DNA of 64,000 nt from Candidatus Thorarchaeota archaeon SMTZ1-45 (GCA_001563335.1 LRSL01000095.1:1-64000), one strand, 5' to 3'; shown: positions 37,380 to 47,299, numbered from the stretch's first letter. Made by a program: numbers and translations. The notes: a model not told the origin generated them from the letters alone.

Positions 37380-38870
37380 GTGAAGCCACTTGGCACAATA
37401 ACCATGTGTTTCCCACATATTGACAAAGAAACAAGATCTGTGCTTCAGTCGGTCATGGATGAGGCAGAGAATTTCGGAAACTTCACAAAGAAACTGTGTT
37501 ACAGAGTGTGTTCTGAGCCTTCATCACCGCTGCTAGAGTACTTCACCTTCTATTTCTCTTTTCATATTCATGACTATAATCTGACTGACAGGTTAAAGAC
37601 TTCAGGAAAGCTGTCCGATATTGCAAAACCTCTATACCTTATAACGCTGGTTCAGAGGGGTGAAATGATTAGTTGGGAGGAGATGAAAGGTTCCCTTGTT
37701 GAAGCACTAGCAGCGGCTCCAAATGACTGGGTTACGACTCACCTATATACTAAGTGGAGACAGCTTGCTGACCGTATTTATCCTGAGTGTGATATCGATA
37801 TCAAACCCATTGAAGTCGTCACAAGAAGCATAAATGAGAAGAAGGAATTAGGCTTTTTTAAATCATATCTTCTCGTGATACAAGCTCAAAACCTTCTAAG
37901 AGAACAAAAGCTAAAAGAGATGATTGAGCTAGTGAAACAGGCAATCATCATAGCAAGAAAATACGATGACAAAATTATGCTTGCGTATCTCCTACATTAT
38001 ATGGCTAATAAGGTCAAACACACCGATGTAAAACGGGCAATGGATATTCTACTCACAACAAAAGAGTTGAGTGAGCAACTTGGTTATCTCTTCAATATAG
38101 GTAATGTCAAATCCGAATTAGGTCATATCATGGGAATCAGAGGAGAGTATAACACTGCAGTCGAAAATAATCTTGAGGATGCAGAAATCGCGAGGTCGCT
38201 CTCATGTCCGGCGGCACTCGCATATGCAGTTGTTGCCTCCTATCTCAATCAAAGTGGAAATGGAGAAGAAGCCTTGGAACGAGCTAGGGTCTCAATTGAC
38301 CTACTCGAGTCCTCTCCGCGTATTGCTCCTTATGCTCATACGCAGATGGCATATGCGTGGATCAATCTACAAAGATATGACGAGGCAAAAGCAGAACTGG
38401 CAATTGCTCAGAAATTGGTAACAAAGTCAGGAGACTCTTTGCAACTCCTGTGGCATCGGTTGGTTGAAGGCATTCTCGACAAAGCGGAGGGCAGGTTTGA
38501 TAGTGCCATCGAATGCTTTAGCGAAGTGATGAAGCATCTAGAAGAAGACCCAGTTCCTCTCTATCAGAACATTTGTTTACTCAATCTCACTGATATTGAA
38601 ATCGCTAGACTCTCGAAGGACTCGTTAGACAAGGTAACTGTCTCTTCTGGACCGTGGATGAGGAAGCTGGAAGAACATGCAGAGAAGAATGACCTCCCAG
38701 GCATCGCAGCTCAATCTCTTCTTCTCAAGGCAAAACTCCTCCAAAAGCAAGGTCTGTTTGATGAGGTTCGAAAGATTATCAAAGAGGTTCACAAGACTGC
38801 TGAAACTCCAAGTATGAAGTATCTCAACGATATAGCAATCTCCATGTTTCCTGACATCATAGTTTCCTGA
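37380..38870 (+). CDS. TPR-like helical-repeat protein, tandem paralog 1
   Basis: Begins VKPLGTITMCFPH and ends MFPDIIVS; TPR-like helices. GTG start chosen by alignment with the paralogs. Confidence 0.85.
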   Translation: MKPLGTITMCFPHIDKETRSVLQSVMDEAENFGNFTKKLCYRVCSEPSSPLLEYFTFYFSFHIHDYNLTDRLKTSGKLSDIAKPLYLITLVQRGEMISWEEMKGSLVEALAAAPNDWVTTHLYTKWRQLADRIYPECDIDIKPIEVVTRSINEKKELGFFKSYLLVIQAQNLLREQKLKEMIELVKQAIIIARKYDDKIMLAYLLHYMANKVKHTDVKRAMDILLTTKELSEQLGYLFNIGNVKSELGHIMGIRGEYNTAVENNLEDAEIARSLSCPAALAYAVVASYLNQSGNGEEALERARVSIDLLESSPRIAPYAHTQMAYAWINLQRYDEAKAELAIAQKLVTKSGDSLQLLWHRLVEGILDKAEGRFDSAIECFSEVMKHLEEDPVPLYQNICLLNLTDIEIARLSKDSLDKVTVSSGPWMRKLEEHAEKNDLPGIAAQSLLLKAKLLQKQGLFDEVRKIIKEVHKTAETPSMKYLNDIAISMFPDIIVS

Positions 38871-38937
38871 CTTCCAAAATACTGATGTAGAAGTTCTGCC
38901 ATATAGTACCGATTTGGCCGGTTTGAGGTTTGAATGA

Positions 38938-40428
38938 TTGAAGCCACTTGGAACAATAACCATATGTTTTCCACATGTCGATGAGGAAACAAGATCTATG
39001 CTTCAGTCAGTCATGGATGAGGCAGAGAATTTCGGTGTCTTTACAGAAACACTCTGTGAAAAAGTATACTCAGAACACTCATCACCGTTGTTAAAGTACT
39101 TCGCCTTCTTTTTCTCTTTTCATATTCAAAACTACAATCTGACTGACAGGTTAGAAACTGTGGGAAAGGTGTCCGATATTGCTAGACCTCTATACCTTAT
39201 ATCAATGACTCATAAGGGTGATACAATTAGTTGGGAGAAGATGAAACACTCGCTTATTAAAGCAATAAGAGCCGCTCCTAATGATTGGATTGCAAGTCAC
39301 TTATACCTTACTTGGAGATTGAGAGGGGAACCATTCTTCCCAGAGGTTGATACTGATGTCAAGCCTATTGAATTAATCACCTCTAGTGTGCATATAAACA
39401 AGGAGTTGGAATTTTTCAAATCTTACCTCATGCAAATTAAGGCGCGGAGCTATTACCGTGAGGATAAGATCCAAGAAAGCATCGAGTTGGAGCAAGAAGC
39501 TCTCGCTATATTAAGAAAATATGATGAACAGATTCTTGTAGCTAATATTCTCTATTCTCTTGGAAATAAATGTAAACACACAGATTTGAAACGAGCAATC
39601 GATATTCTACTCACGGCAAGAGAGTTAAGTGAAACCCTTGGTTACAAATATCTCCTTGCCTTGATTCAACACGAAATGGGTCATATCACAGCACTACGAG
39701 GAGAATTCGATGCTGCGATTCAACATCAATCTGAATATATTAATTATCTAAACTCCTTGGGTCATAACAGCGTCTTTGTATACTCTATTATTGCTCATTA
39801 TTACAATCAAATGAAACAGGGGCGTAAAGCTCTAGAAAATGCGATTGTTGGATCAAGAATTGGAAGAGGTGTAGCTCGGTTAAGTGCATATTTTCCTCTA
39901 CAGATTGCTTGGGCATTGATAAACCTCCGCAGATTCGATGAAGCTAAAACTAAGCTTGCAGAAGCCCATCAGATAGCATTAAAGTCAGGAGACTCAAATG
40001 TAATCCTATGGTGTCGAGCAGTAGATTGTATTCTTGATAAAGCTGAGAATAATTTTGAGACTGCCATTGAGTGTTTTGAAGAAGTTCTGAAAGATTACAA
40101 AGAGAGTCCAACTCCTCTTTGGCAGAATCCCTGTTACCTCAATCTTACAGAAATGGAGATTGAAATGCTCTCAGAAGAATCTTTGAAGGAGAAAACCGAA
40201 TCTTCTGGACCTTGGATGCAAGAGTTAGAACAATATGTGCAAAATTATGATTTGCCTGGCATTGCAGCTCAAACTCTTCTTCTTAAGGCAAAACTTTGTC
40301 ACAGACAAGGACAATTTGATGAGGTTCGTAAGATACTCAAAGAGGTCAAGAAGAGAGCAGAGGCCCCAAGTATGAGGTATCTTAACGACTTGGCTATTTC
40401 CATGTTTCCTGATATCATAGTGATCTAA
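38938..40428 (+). CDS. TPR-like helical-repeat protein, tandem paralog 2
   Basis: Same conserved N- and C-termini; TTG start after GAGG. Confidence 0.85.
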   Translation: MKPLGTITICFPHVDEETRSMLQSVMDEAENFGVFTETLCEKVYSEHSSPLLKYFAFFFSFHIQNYNLTDRLETVGKVSDIARPLYLISMTHKGDTISWEKMKHSLIKAIRAAPNDWIASHLYLTWRLRGEPFFPEVDTDVKPIELITSSVHINKELEFFKSYLMQIKARSYYREDKIQESIELEQEALAILRKYDEQILVANILYSLGNKCKHTDLKRAIDILLTARELSETLGYKYLLALIQHEMGHITALRGEFDAAIQHQSEYINYLNSLGHNSVFVYSIIAHYYNQMKQGRKALENAIVGSRIGRGVARLSAYFPLQIAWALINLRRFDEAKTKLAEAHQIALKSGDSNVILWCRAVDCILDKAENNFETAIECFEEVLKDYKESPTPLWQNPCYLNLTEMEIEMLSEESLKEKTESSGPWMQELEQYVQNYDLPGIAAQTLLLKAKLCHRQGQFDEVRKILKEVKKRAEAPSMRYLNDLAISMFPDIIVI

Positions 40429-40495
40429 ATTGCAAAACATTGATGTGGAAGGTCAGCTGAATAATACCGAATTCGCTGGTCTGAGGTGCGTGAGA

Positions 40496-41992
40496 GTGGA
40501 GCCAATCGGGACCATAACCATGTGCTTCCCACATGTGGATGAAGAAACAAAATCTATACTCCAATCAGTGATGGATGAGGCAGAAAACTTTGGAGATTTC
40601 ACGGAGAAGTTATGCGACAGAGTCTGTACTGAAGCGTCATCTCCCTTACTGGAGTATTTCGCTGTCTACTTTGCTTTTTATCTTGATTGCTATACTTTGG
40701 TCAATAGATTAGCCTCTACTGGAAAGGTAACGGACTTAGGGTTGCCTCTGCTCCTACTAACGAGGGCTCGAAGAGGTGACGTAGTCAGCTGGGATGAAAT
40801 GAAAGAATCAATGAAACGGGCATTAATGGTTGCTCCAAATGACTGGATAACAAGTCAACTCTATTTAAGTTGGAGACACGAGGCTATGGCATTCTACCCG
40901 GAGTCTGATGTAGACATCAAACCAATTGAGGTAATTGCATCCAGTGTGGAAAAGAATACCGATCTTGCCTTTTTCAAAGCATTTCTTCTAAATATGAGGG
41001 CCTTTGGGTACGAAAGCGAGCACAAAGACAAAGAAGCAATAGATCAAAGAAAACAAGCTATTGCGATTGCGAGAAAGTTTGATGAGCCAATATTAATGGT
41101 AGGTACCATCTGTCACATGGCTGGTTCCATCAGGGCGACCGATGTAAAACAGGCAATTGATCTCTTTATTTCAGCTAGAGAACTCAGCGAAAGATTAGGT
41201 TATAAAAATGGAGTTGGTGCTGCTCTACAAAATTTGGGATTCATCATGGCAATTCGCGGAGAATTCGATGCGGCAATTGAATATTCCTTAGAATACAGAA
41301 GAATCAGAGAGTCACTCGGTCTACCTACACAATATAGCGACCAAATGATTGCATCGATGTACAACCAAATGGGAAACGGAGAGGAAGCCTATCAACTAGC
41401 TAAGACTGTAGTCGAATTTGCCACTAGTACATCTGTAATGCGGCATAATGCCAACCCTCATCGCGATCTGGCTTGGGCTCTAGTCAACCTTGGTAGATAT
41501 GATGAGGCTGAAGCAGAGCTCGCAATTGCAAGCAAAATAGCAACAAAATCTGGGGATTCCAGACAAATGATAACGGTTCAATTAGTGGAAGGTATTCTTG
41601 ATAAAGCAGAGGCTAACTATGATAGTGCCACCCTGGTCTTCAAAGAAGTGCTGGACTATCTAAAAAACAATCCAATTCTCCCGGTTCAGAATATATGCCT
41701 CCTCAACCTCACTGAAATCGAAATCGAAATGCTCACAGACGAATCCCTGAAAAAGAACTTAGATTCCTCTGGTCCTTGGATGGCAAAATTAGTGGAACAT
41801 GTTGAGAAGAATGATCTGCCTGGTATTGCTGCTCGTGCGTTGCTACTAAAGGCTGAACTTCGCAGGAAACAAGGATGGAATGATGACATGCGGAAGTTGC
41901 TCAAGCAGGTTCAAGGAATAGCCAAGGCTCCAAGCATGAAGTATCTCAATGATCTGGCAGTTTCCATGTTCCCTGATATCATATTTACCTGA
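40496..41992 (+). CDS. TPR-like helical-repeat protein, tandem paralog 3
   Basis: GTG 40496 (VEPIGTITMCFPH) after GAGGTG; ends MFPDIIFT. Confidence 0.85.
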   Translation: MEPIGTITMCFPHVDEETKSILQSVMDEAENFGDFTEKLCDRVCTEASSPLLEYFAVYFAFYLDCYTLVNRLASTGKVTDLGLPLLLLTRARRGDVVSWDEMKESMKRALMVAPNDWITSQLYLSWRHEAMAFYPESDVDIKPIEVIASSVEKNTDLAFFKAFLLNMRAFGYESEHKDKEAIDQRKQAIAIARKFDEPILMVGTICHMAGSIRATDVKQAIDLFISARELSERLGYKNGVGAALQNLGFIMAIRGEFDAAIEYSLEYRRIRESLGLPTQYSDQMIASMYNQMGNGEEAYQLAKTVVEFATSTSVMRHNANPHRDLAWALVNLGRYDEAEAELAIASKIATKSGDSRQMITVQLVEGILDKAEANYDSATLVFKEVLDYLKNNPILPVQNICLLNLTEIEIEMLTDESLKKNLDSSGPWMAKLVEHVEKNDLPGIAARALLLKAELRRKQGWNDDMRKLLKQVQGIAKAPSMKYLNDLAVSMFPDIIFT

Positions 41993-42058
41993 ATTCCAAA
42001 ACACTGATGTAGAAGGTCAGTGTAATACTACCAATTTCGTTGATTGAAAGTATTAAGC

Positions 42059-43528
42059 TTGGAGCCAATCGGGACCATAACCAACTACTTTCCCTTCTTA
42101 AAAGAAGAAACAGTCGACGTTCTGAAGGAAGTTATGGACCAAGCAACAAATTACTATGACTTTGTGGTCCGACTGGGTAGCAAAGCCTGCGATGAGGATG
42201 TCTCCCTTGAACTTGCCTACATGGCCGCCTTACATGTGTGGCGTTCCGAAGAGAGGAGTCTTCAGGACAGACTGCGGGAAAAATTCAATGACACTCCTGA
42301 AATATTGGTATGGACATTTTCACTGATTGATATTCCATACACATTTGTTTATCGTGACAAGATATCAGGAGTTCTGAGTAGAGTGTAAGAAACAAATCCT
42401 CCAGATTGGATGCTCATGGATCTGTATTATGATATCGAGAGTTATCTGATTGGGAATACCCCATCAGAATTCGCTGAGTTGTCGATAAAACTTGAAACCA
42501 TTTTAGACAATAATCCGAATCTTGTATGTTTTGAGTCATATCTCTCAGTTATTCAATCTTTTATACACAGTTTGGAAGGAGATCATGTTCTTTCCTTTCT
42601 TACAAAGCAAAGAGCTTTGGAGCAAGCACGAAAAGCAAATGATGTCCTTTCGGTGATATCAATAACAGGAAGCCTTGCATATATGCTCAAGGATCACAAT
42701 GCTATGTATGCACTGGAATACGCTGAGGAGTTTTACAAACTCGGTGTCTTGTCTGGTCTACCAAGGAAAATAGAAGCTGCAAGACACTACATGGGATTGA
42801 TACATGCAGTCAGGGGGGTGTATGATATGGCCGTTGAATGCCAAGTAGCCGCTGCTGAGGTGTACAATAATGACAAAGGACCTCCCAGTTCAAGATGTGC
42901 TATTGTTTCAATTTACTATTCTGACTTGGAGGATGCAAGACAGGCGTTGTACTGGGCAAATGAATCGTTTCGAATAACAGGCGGAAAAGGCGACGTTCAG
43001 ATGCATTATGCAATGCTACGTGCATTGCATCTACTTCATAGAATAGATGCTGCAGATTATCACCTGAATGAATTGCACAAGCTGAGTCTGGAGAGCGCAG
43101 CTGATTTCGATCAAGCACTGTTCTTGGAAGGAAGAGGTATCCATGAGTTGAAGTCAGGGGATCCGCAAGCTGCAATTGCTAGTCTGGAGCAAGCACTTGC
43201 TGTAGTTGAACCGCTCAATCTTCATATTGGAATCAATCGGTGTCTTGTTGCTCTAACACAGGTCGAGATTCAACTGGCTGATGAATCCAGTAAAGACGAC
43301 TCATCAGGTCCATGGATGGTGCGGCTTGAGAGCCACGCACAGAAAAGAGACTACCCTGGAATCCAGATGCAAGCTGCACTTCTCAGGGCGGAGTTCCTTG
43401 TAAAGCAGGGCCGAAAGAGCGAGGCACGAGAGGTCTTGCAGGATGCTCTCGAAATCCTCGACTCGCCAACTGTGAAGACCCTCCGCACTAGGATTCAGAA
43501 TATGCTTGGTGACCTCATTGTTGCTTGA
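42059..43528 (+). pseudogene. TPR-like paralog 4, split by an in-frame TAA
   Basis: ORFs 42044..42388 and 42410..43528 share a frame. SRV*ETNPPDWML aligns with AAPNDW in the paralogs, and SSGPWM...DYPGI is conserved. Confidence 0.8.
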
Positions 43529-43570
43529 TTGATTTTGTTGGAGTTTCATCAGCTAAAGTTACCGGAAGCC

Positions 43571-43629
43571 TTTATAGGAGGCCCAAATCCATCCCGATTC
43601 CTCCGGGCTGAGGAGGTCATATCCCGGAG
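43571..43629 (+). promoter_or_regulatory. TATA box and 5' leader hairpin of the thiolase-like operon
   Basis: TTTATA at 43571-43576; stem CTCCGGG (43601-43607) / CCCGGAG (43623-43629). Confidence 0.5.
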
Positions 43630-43654
43630 ATTTTGATAGAAGGAAGTATTCCCC

Positions 43655-44806
43655 ATGACTGTTGCTGTTGTTGGTGTTGGATATACTGATTTTCGAAGTG
43701 CAACTCCCGACGTTACATTCAAGGAACAGATGTTTGAAGCTGCTGTCAAGGCTTACACCGATGCTGGCGTAAGTCCTAGAAAAGACATTGGTAGCTTCAT
43801 CACAGGGGCTGAGGACTACTGGGAAGGCTACTCAATCTTCGACGAGTTTGTGCCTGACCAGCTTGGTGCCACTCTCCGTCCGGTCTGTACAATAAGTGGA
43901 GATGGACTGCAAGCTTTGATGACAGGAGTCATGCAGGTAGAAACTGGGATGTTCGATATTGTGGCAATCGAAGCACATAGCAAGGCATCTGACATGCTTT
44001 CATTCACAGGGATTGTAAGCCATGGACTTGATCCAGTTTATAATCGAAGCATGAATGTGAGCCCCTTCTTTGTTGCAGGGCTTGAGATGAGAAAGTATCT
44101 CTCTGAGACAAAGACAACTAGGGAGCAATGTGCACGAGTTGTAGTTAAGAACAAGAAGAATGCGTTGGACAATCCCTTGGCAGCATATCCAGCTAGTATG
44201 TCTGTTGATGAAGTGATGAACTCTGAGATGGTTTCTGACCCATTGTCTCGACGAGACTTAAGTCCCTTAGCTGATGGAGCCATTGTTTTTGTACTTGCCT
44301 CTGAGAAGAGGGCAAAGGAGCTCTCGGATTATCCCATCTGGTTGAAGGGACTGAGCTGGATCTCAGAAACACCGTGGTTGGAGTCACGAAACTGGAGTGA
44401 AGCCACTTACGCCAAGCTCGCATCGAAAAAGGCTTACAAGATGGCAGGTATCATAGATCCCAAGAAACAACTGGATCTTGTAGAGGTTGATGACTGGTTC
44501 TCATACAAAGAGCTTCAACATCTTGAAGCAATTGGAATATGTGAGAAAGGTCAGGCTGGGAAACTACTTGAACAAGGTAAATTTGACAGAAACGGAGAAA
44601 CTCCCGTCAATGTGTCAGGTGGGCGATTGGGAGCCGGCAACCTCCTAGAAGCCTCCTCACTGCAGTCAGTTCTTGAATGCGTGCTGCAGCTTCGAGGTCA
44701 TGCAGGAAAGAGGCAGATTAAGAACGCCCGGACAGCAGCTGCTCAATCATGGCGCGGAATTCCAACAGCCACTGGTAGCATGCTGATTCTTAGCAATGAG
44801 AAGTAG
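43655..44806 (+). CDS. Thiolase-like (SCP-x type) protein lacking the catalytic Cys
   Basis: Thiolase fold (KNKKNALDNP, SPLADGA, PVNVSGG); no ACASG nucleophile motif, and the HD motif reads EVDD. Confidence 0.85.
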   Translation: MTVAVVGVGYTDFRSATPDVTFKEQMFEAAVKAYTDAGVSPRKDIGSFITGAEDYWEGYSIFDEFVPDQLGATLRPVCTISGDGLQALMTGVMQVETGMFDIVAIEAHSKASDMLSFTGIVSHGLDPVYNRSMNVSPFFVAGLEMRKYLSETKTTREQCARVVVKNKKNALDNPLAAYPASMSVDEVMNSEMVSDPLSRRDLSPLADGAIVFVLASEKRAKELSDYPIWLKGLSWISETPWLESRNWSEATYAKLASKKAYKMAGIIDPKKQLDLVEVDDWFSYKELQHLEAIGICEKGQAGKLLEQGKFDRNGETPVNVSGGRLGAGNLLEASSLQSVLECVLQLRGHAGKRQIKNARTAAAQSWRGIPTATGSMLILSNEK

Positions 44807-44819
44807 GAGGAGATGAAAG

Positions 44820-45983
44820 ATGACAATAAAGAGAAGAGTTGCAGTCATTGGAGCTGGCATCACACTGTTCAGAAGAAGGTTGAAAGAAACTGGGAAAGAA
44901 CTCTCCTACCATGCATCGAAGATGGCATTGGATTCTGCAGAGATGAACCTCAGTGAGATTGAGAGTGTTGTGATGGGAACCGCGCCCGACGCGTTCGATG
45001 GAATTCACATGAAATCGGAGAACCTGCTTGATGGAGCAGGAGGAACCGGACGACCCTATATGCGCCCCTTTGTGGGTGGTGGTACTGGTGTGTTTGCACC
45101 CATTGCTGGATGGTGGCATGTAGCTTCAGGTCTTTATGATACATGCCTGGTCGTGGCTGAAGAGAAAATGAGTCCAGTACAACCACATCCCCAGACCGCC
45201 TTTCGTACTATCTGGGACCCAATCATCACGAGACCGCTTCAACCTAATCTTGTCTGGATCTTCGCCCTCGAGATGAACCGATACATGACGAAACACAACA
45301 TCCCAAAGGAGCACATCGCTGAGGTTGCAGTTAAGAATAAGAGCAACGCCCTGGACCATCCCAGTGCTCAACTAGCAGCAAAGATTACTGTTGAGGACGT
45401 AATGAACTCAGAAACAATGGTCTGGCCAGTGCAACGACTGGATATCAGTCCACCAAGCGATGGAGCTGCAGCATTGGTTCTGGCATCTGAGGAGGTCGCC
45501 AAAAAATACACCGACTCGCCAGTCTGGATTGATGGTGTGGGTTGGTCACTCGATAGTTCGTACTGGACAAATCGAGACCTATACTACCCTCAATACGTTG
45601 AGGAGGCTGCAAAAATGGCCTACAAGATGGCAAAAATTGATGACCCACCCAACCAGGTATCCTTCGCTGAACCATATGATCCGTTCACCTACAAAGAGCT
45701 TCATCACATGGAAGGGCTTCTCTTGGCAAAGAAGGGAGAGGCACCAAAACTCACCCACGAGGGAGTAACTCAACGTGATGGAAAACTACCGATTTGTCCA
45801 TCTGGTGGTCTACTTGGCGTTGGTAACCCAATAGCCGCTGCTGGATTGATGAAGTGCTGCGAGGCATTCTGGCAACTGCGAAATGAGGCTGGGAAACGAC
45901 AGGTCGATGGAGCAGAGACCGGTGTGTGTCAAGCATGGGGAGATCTCATGCAGGTTGGTACAGTGACAGTGTTCAGGAGATGA
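44820..45983 (+). CDS. Thiolase-like (SCP-x type) protein, probable aldolase subunit
   Basis: KNKSNALDHP, SPPSDGAAA, CPSGGLL; the nucleophile loop reads VGGGTG with no Cys; EPYDPFT carries Tyr. Confidence 0.85.
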   Translation: MTIKRRVAVIGAGITLFRRRLKETGKELSYHASKMALDSAEMNLSEIESVVMGTAPDAFDGIHMKSENLLDGAGGTGRPYMRPFVGGGTGVFAPIAGWWHVASGLYDTCLVVAEEKMSPVQPHPQTAFRTIWDPIITRPLQPNLVWIFALEMNRYMTKHNIPKEHIAEVAVKNKSNALDHPSAQLAAKITVEDVMNSETMVWPVQRLDISPPSDGAAALVLASEEVAKKYTDSPVWIDGVGWSLDSSYWTNRDLYYPQYVEEAAKMAYKMAKIDDPPNQVSFAEPYDPFTYKELHHMEGLLLAKKGEAPKLTHEGVTQRDGKLPICPSGGLLGVGNPIAAAGLMKCCEAFWQLRNEAGKRQVDGAETGVCQAWGDLMQVGTVTVFRR

Positions 45984-45988
45984 TGACA

Positions 45989-46507
45989 ATGAGTGAGAAG
46001 ATGAAAGAAGTTCCAGGAATATACCTCCGGGATGCTGAACTCAAGGCAAAAGACGCCATCACGTTCAAGTGGCGTCCAAATGCTAAATATGTCTGGGCTG
46101 GGGGAATTGCATATAGTCGATACTTGGAGGAACTCAAGAATGGTCGTATCATTGGCAGACATTGCAGTGAGTGCGAACGAATTCTTGTTCCACCAAGGAT
46201 GTTCTGCGACAAGTGTTTCCGTGCCACAGATGAATGGGTGTATGTCAAGGACACAGGAACCATCAACACCTATTCAGTGTCATATCTAGATGCTGATGCC
46301 AACCGGATTAAAGAGCCAATCCTCGTTGCAGTCATCGAACTGGATGGTGCGAGCGAGGGCATTGGCATACTCCACTATGTTGACCCGAAAGTAGATCCGA
46401 AAGACCTGCATGTTGGGATGAGACTCAAGGCTGTCTGGAAACCTGAGAAAGAGCGGACTGGATCAGTCACTGATATCGCTTATTTCGAACCAATAAAGGA
46501 GGGCTAG
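45989..46507 (+). CDS. DUF35 Zn-ribbon plus OB-fold protein
   Basis: HCSEC...PPRMFCDKC, GTINTYS and GMRLKAVWK; start ATG 45989 inferred. Confidence 0.9.
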   Translation: MSEKMKEVPGIYLRDAELKAKDAITFKWRPNAKYVWAGGIAYSRYLEELKNGRIIGRHCSECERILVPPRMFCDKCFRATDEWVYVKDTGTINTYSVSYLDADANRIKEPILVAVIELDGASEGIGILHYVDPKVDPKDLHVGMRLKAVWKPEKERTGSVTDIAYFEPIKEG

Positions 46508-46511
46508 AGAA

Positions 46512-46982
46512 ATGTCTTTTGATAAGAATACTAATCCATTGAAACTTCATCACGTAATTGGAGATATGGAGGCTGACTATATCTATACACCTGGAATTGC
46601 AGGTGACAAGTTCTTCAAAACACTACGAGACGAAGGGAAGTTTCTCGCAACTCATTGTGAATCATGCGACCACACCTACCTACCTCCTCGAATGTACTGC
46701 GAGAGGTGCTTCTTAAAGCTTGACAAATGGATCGAAGCAGAATCCACTGGCGTTGTCGACACATTCACCTTAGTGAGTGAAGACAGTAATGGCGATAAAT
46801 TAACCGAACCTGTTCTTGTTGCCTTCATCAGGATTGACAAGACGAATGGTGGTGTGATTCATAAACTTGGTGGGATTGATGCTGAGTCAGCCAAGGTTGG
46901 TATGAAGGTCAAGGCGGTTCTGAAGGACAAATCAAAACGCACTGGTGGTCTGACAGATATAGCCCATTTTACACCTCAATGA
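46512..46982 (+). CDS. DUF35 Zn-ribbon plus OB-fold protein
   Basis: HCESC...PPRMYCERC, GVVDTFT and GMKVKAV. Confidence 0.9.
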   Translation: MSFDKNTNPLKLHHVIGDMEADYIYTPGIAGDKFFKTLRDEGKFLATHCESCDHTYLPPRMYCERCFLKLDKWIEAESTGVVDTFTLVSEDSNGDKLTEPVLVAFIRIDKTNGGVIHKLGGIDAESAKVGMKVKAVLKDKSKRTGGLTDIAHFTPQ

Positions 46983-46999
46983 AATAACCAAATATAGAC

Positions 47000-47021
47000 A
47001 GAGCTGGTGTGAACCAGCTCT
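47000..47021 (+). terminator. Hairpin after the thiolase-like operon
   Basis: AGAGCTGG-TGTGAA-CCAGCTCT followed by a pyrimidine-rich tract; degenerate copy at 47144-47175. Confidence 0.55.
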
Positions 47022-47299
47022 CCTCTAATTTCACTTACAAAACTACGTGTATAGATTGCGATGAGTCAACATGAAATCGTGAAGGAGATGTGCGCACCTG
47101 TCTAAGAATGGGTCAAGACCATTAAGTAGAGATTAATCACAATGAGCTTGTAATCACCAGCTCTCTCTTCTATTTCTCACCGAATTTCCAGTTAGCATCC
47201 AGTTCAACTAGCATCTTATGCCCAAAAGAAGAAATTATGAATTAGAACGTTTGCTTTTACCGCAAACGTTTTTAATATCCGCAAACGTCAGTCCGTTTC

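Larger units (their letters stand above)
37310..43528 (+). repeat. Tandem array of four ~1.56-kb gene-plus-spacer units
   Basis: Homologous spacers at 38871-38937, 40429-40495 and 41993-42058 (CAAAA..TGATGT.GAAG..TACC.A.TT.G), plus a related sequence before copy 1. Confidence 0.85.

Noticed and set aside
37380-43528. Diversity-generating retroelement or CRISPR-like origin of the TPR array
   Set aside because: No reverse transcriptase, no TR/VR pair with adenine-specific differences, and the repeat units are whole genes rather than short repeats.
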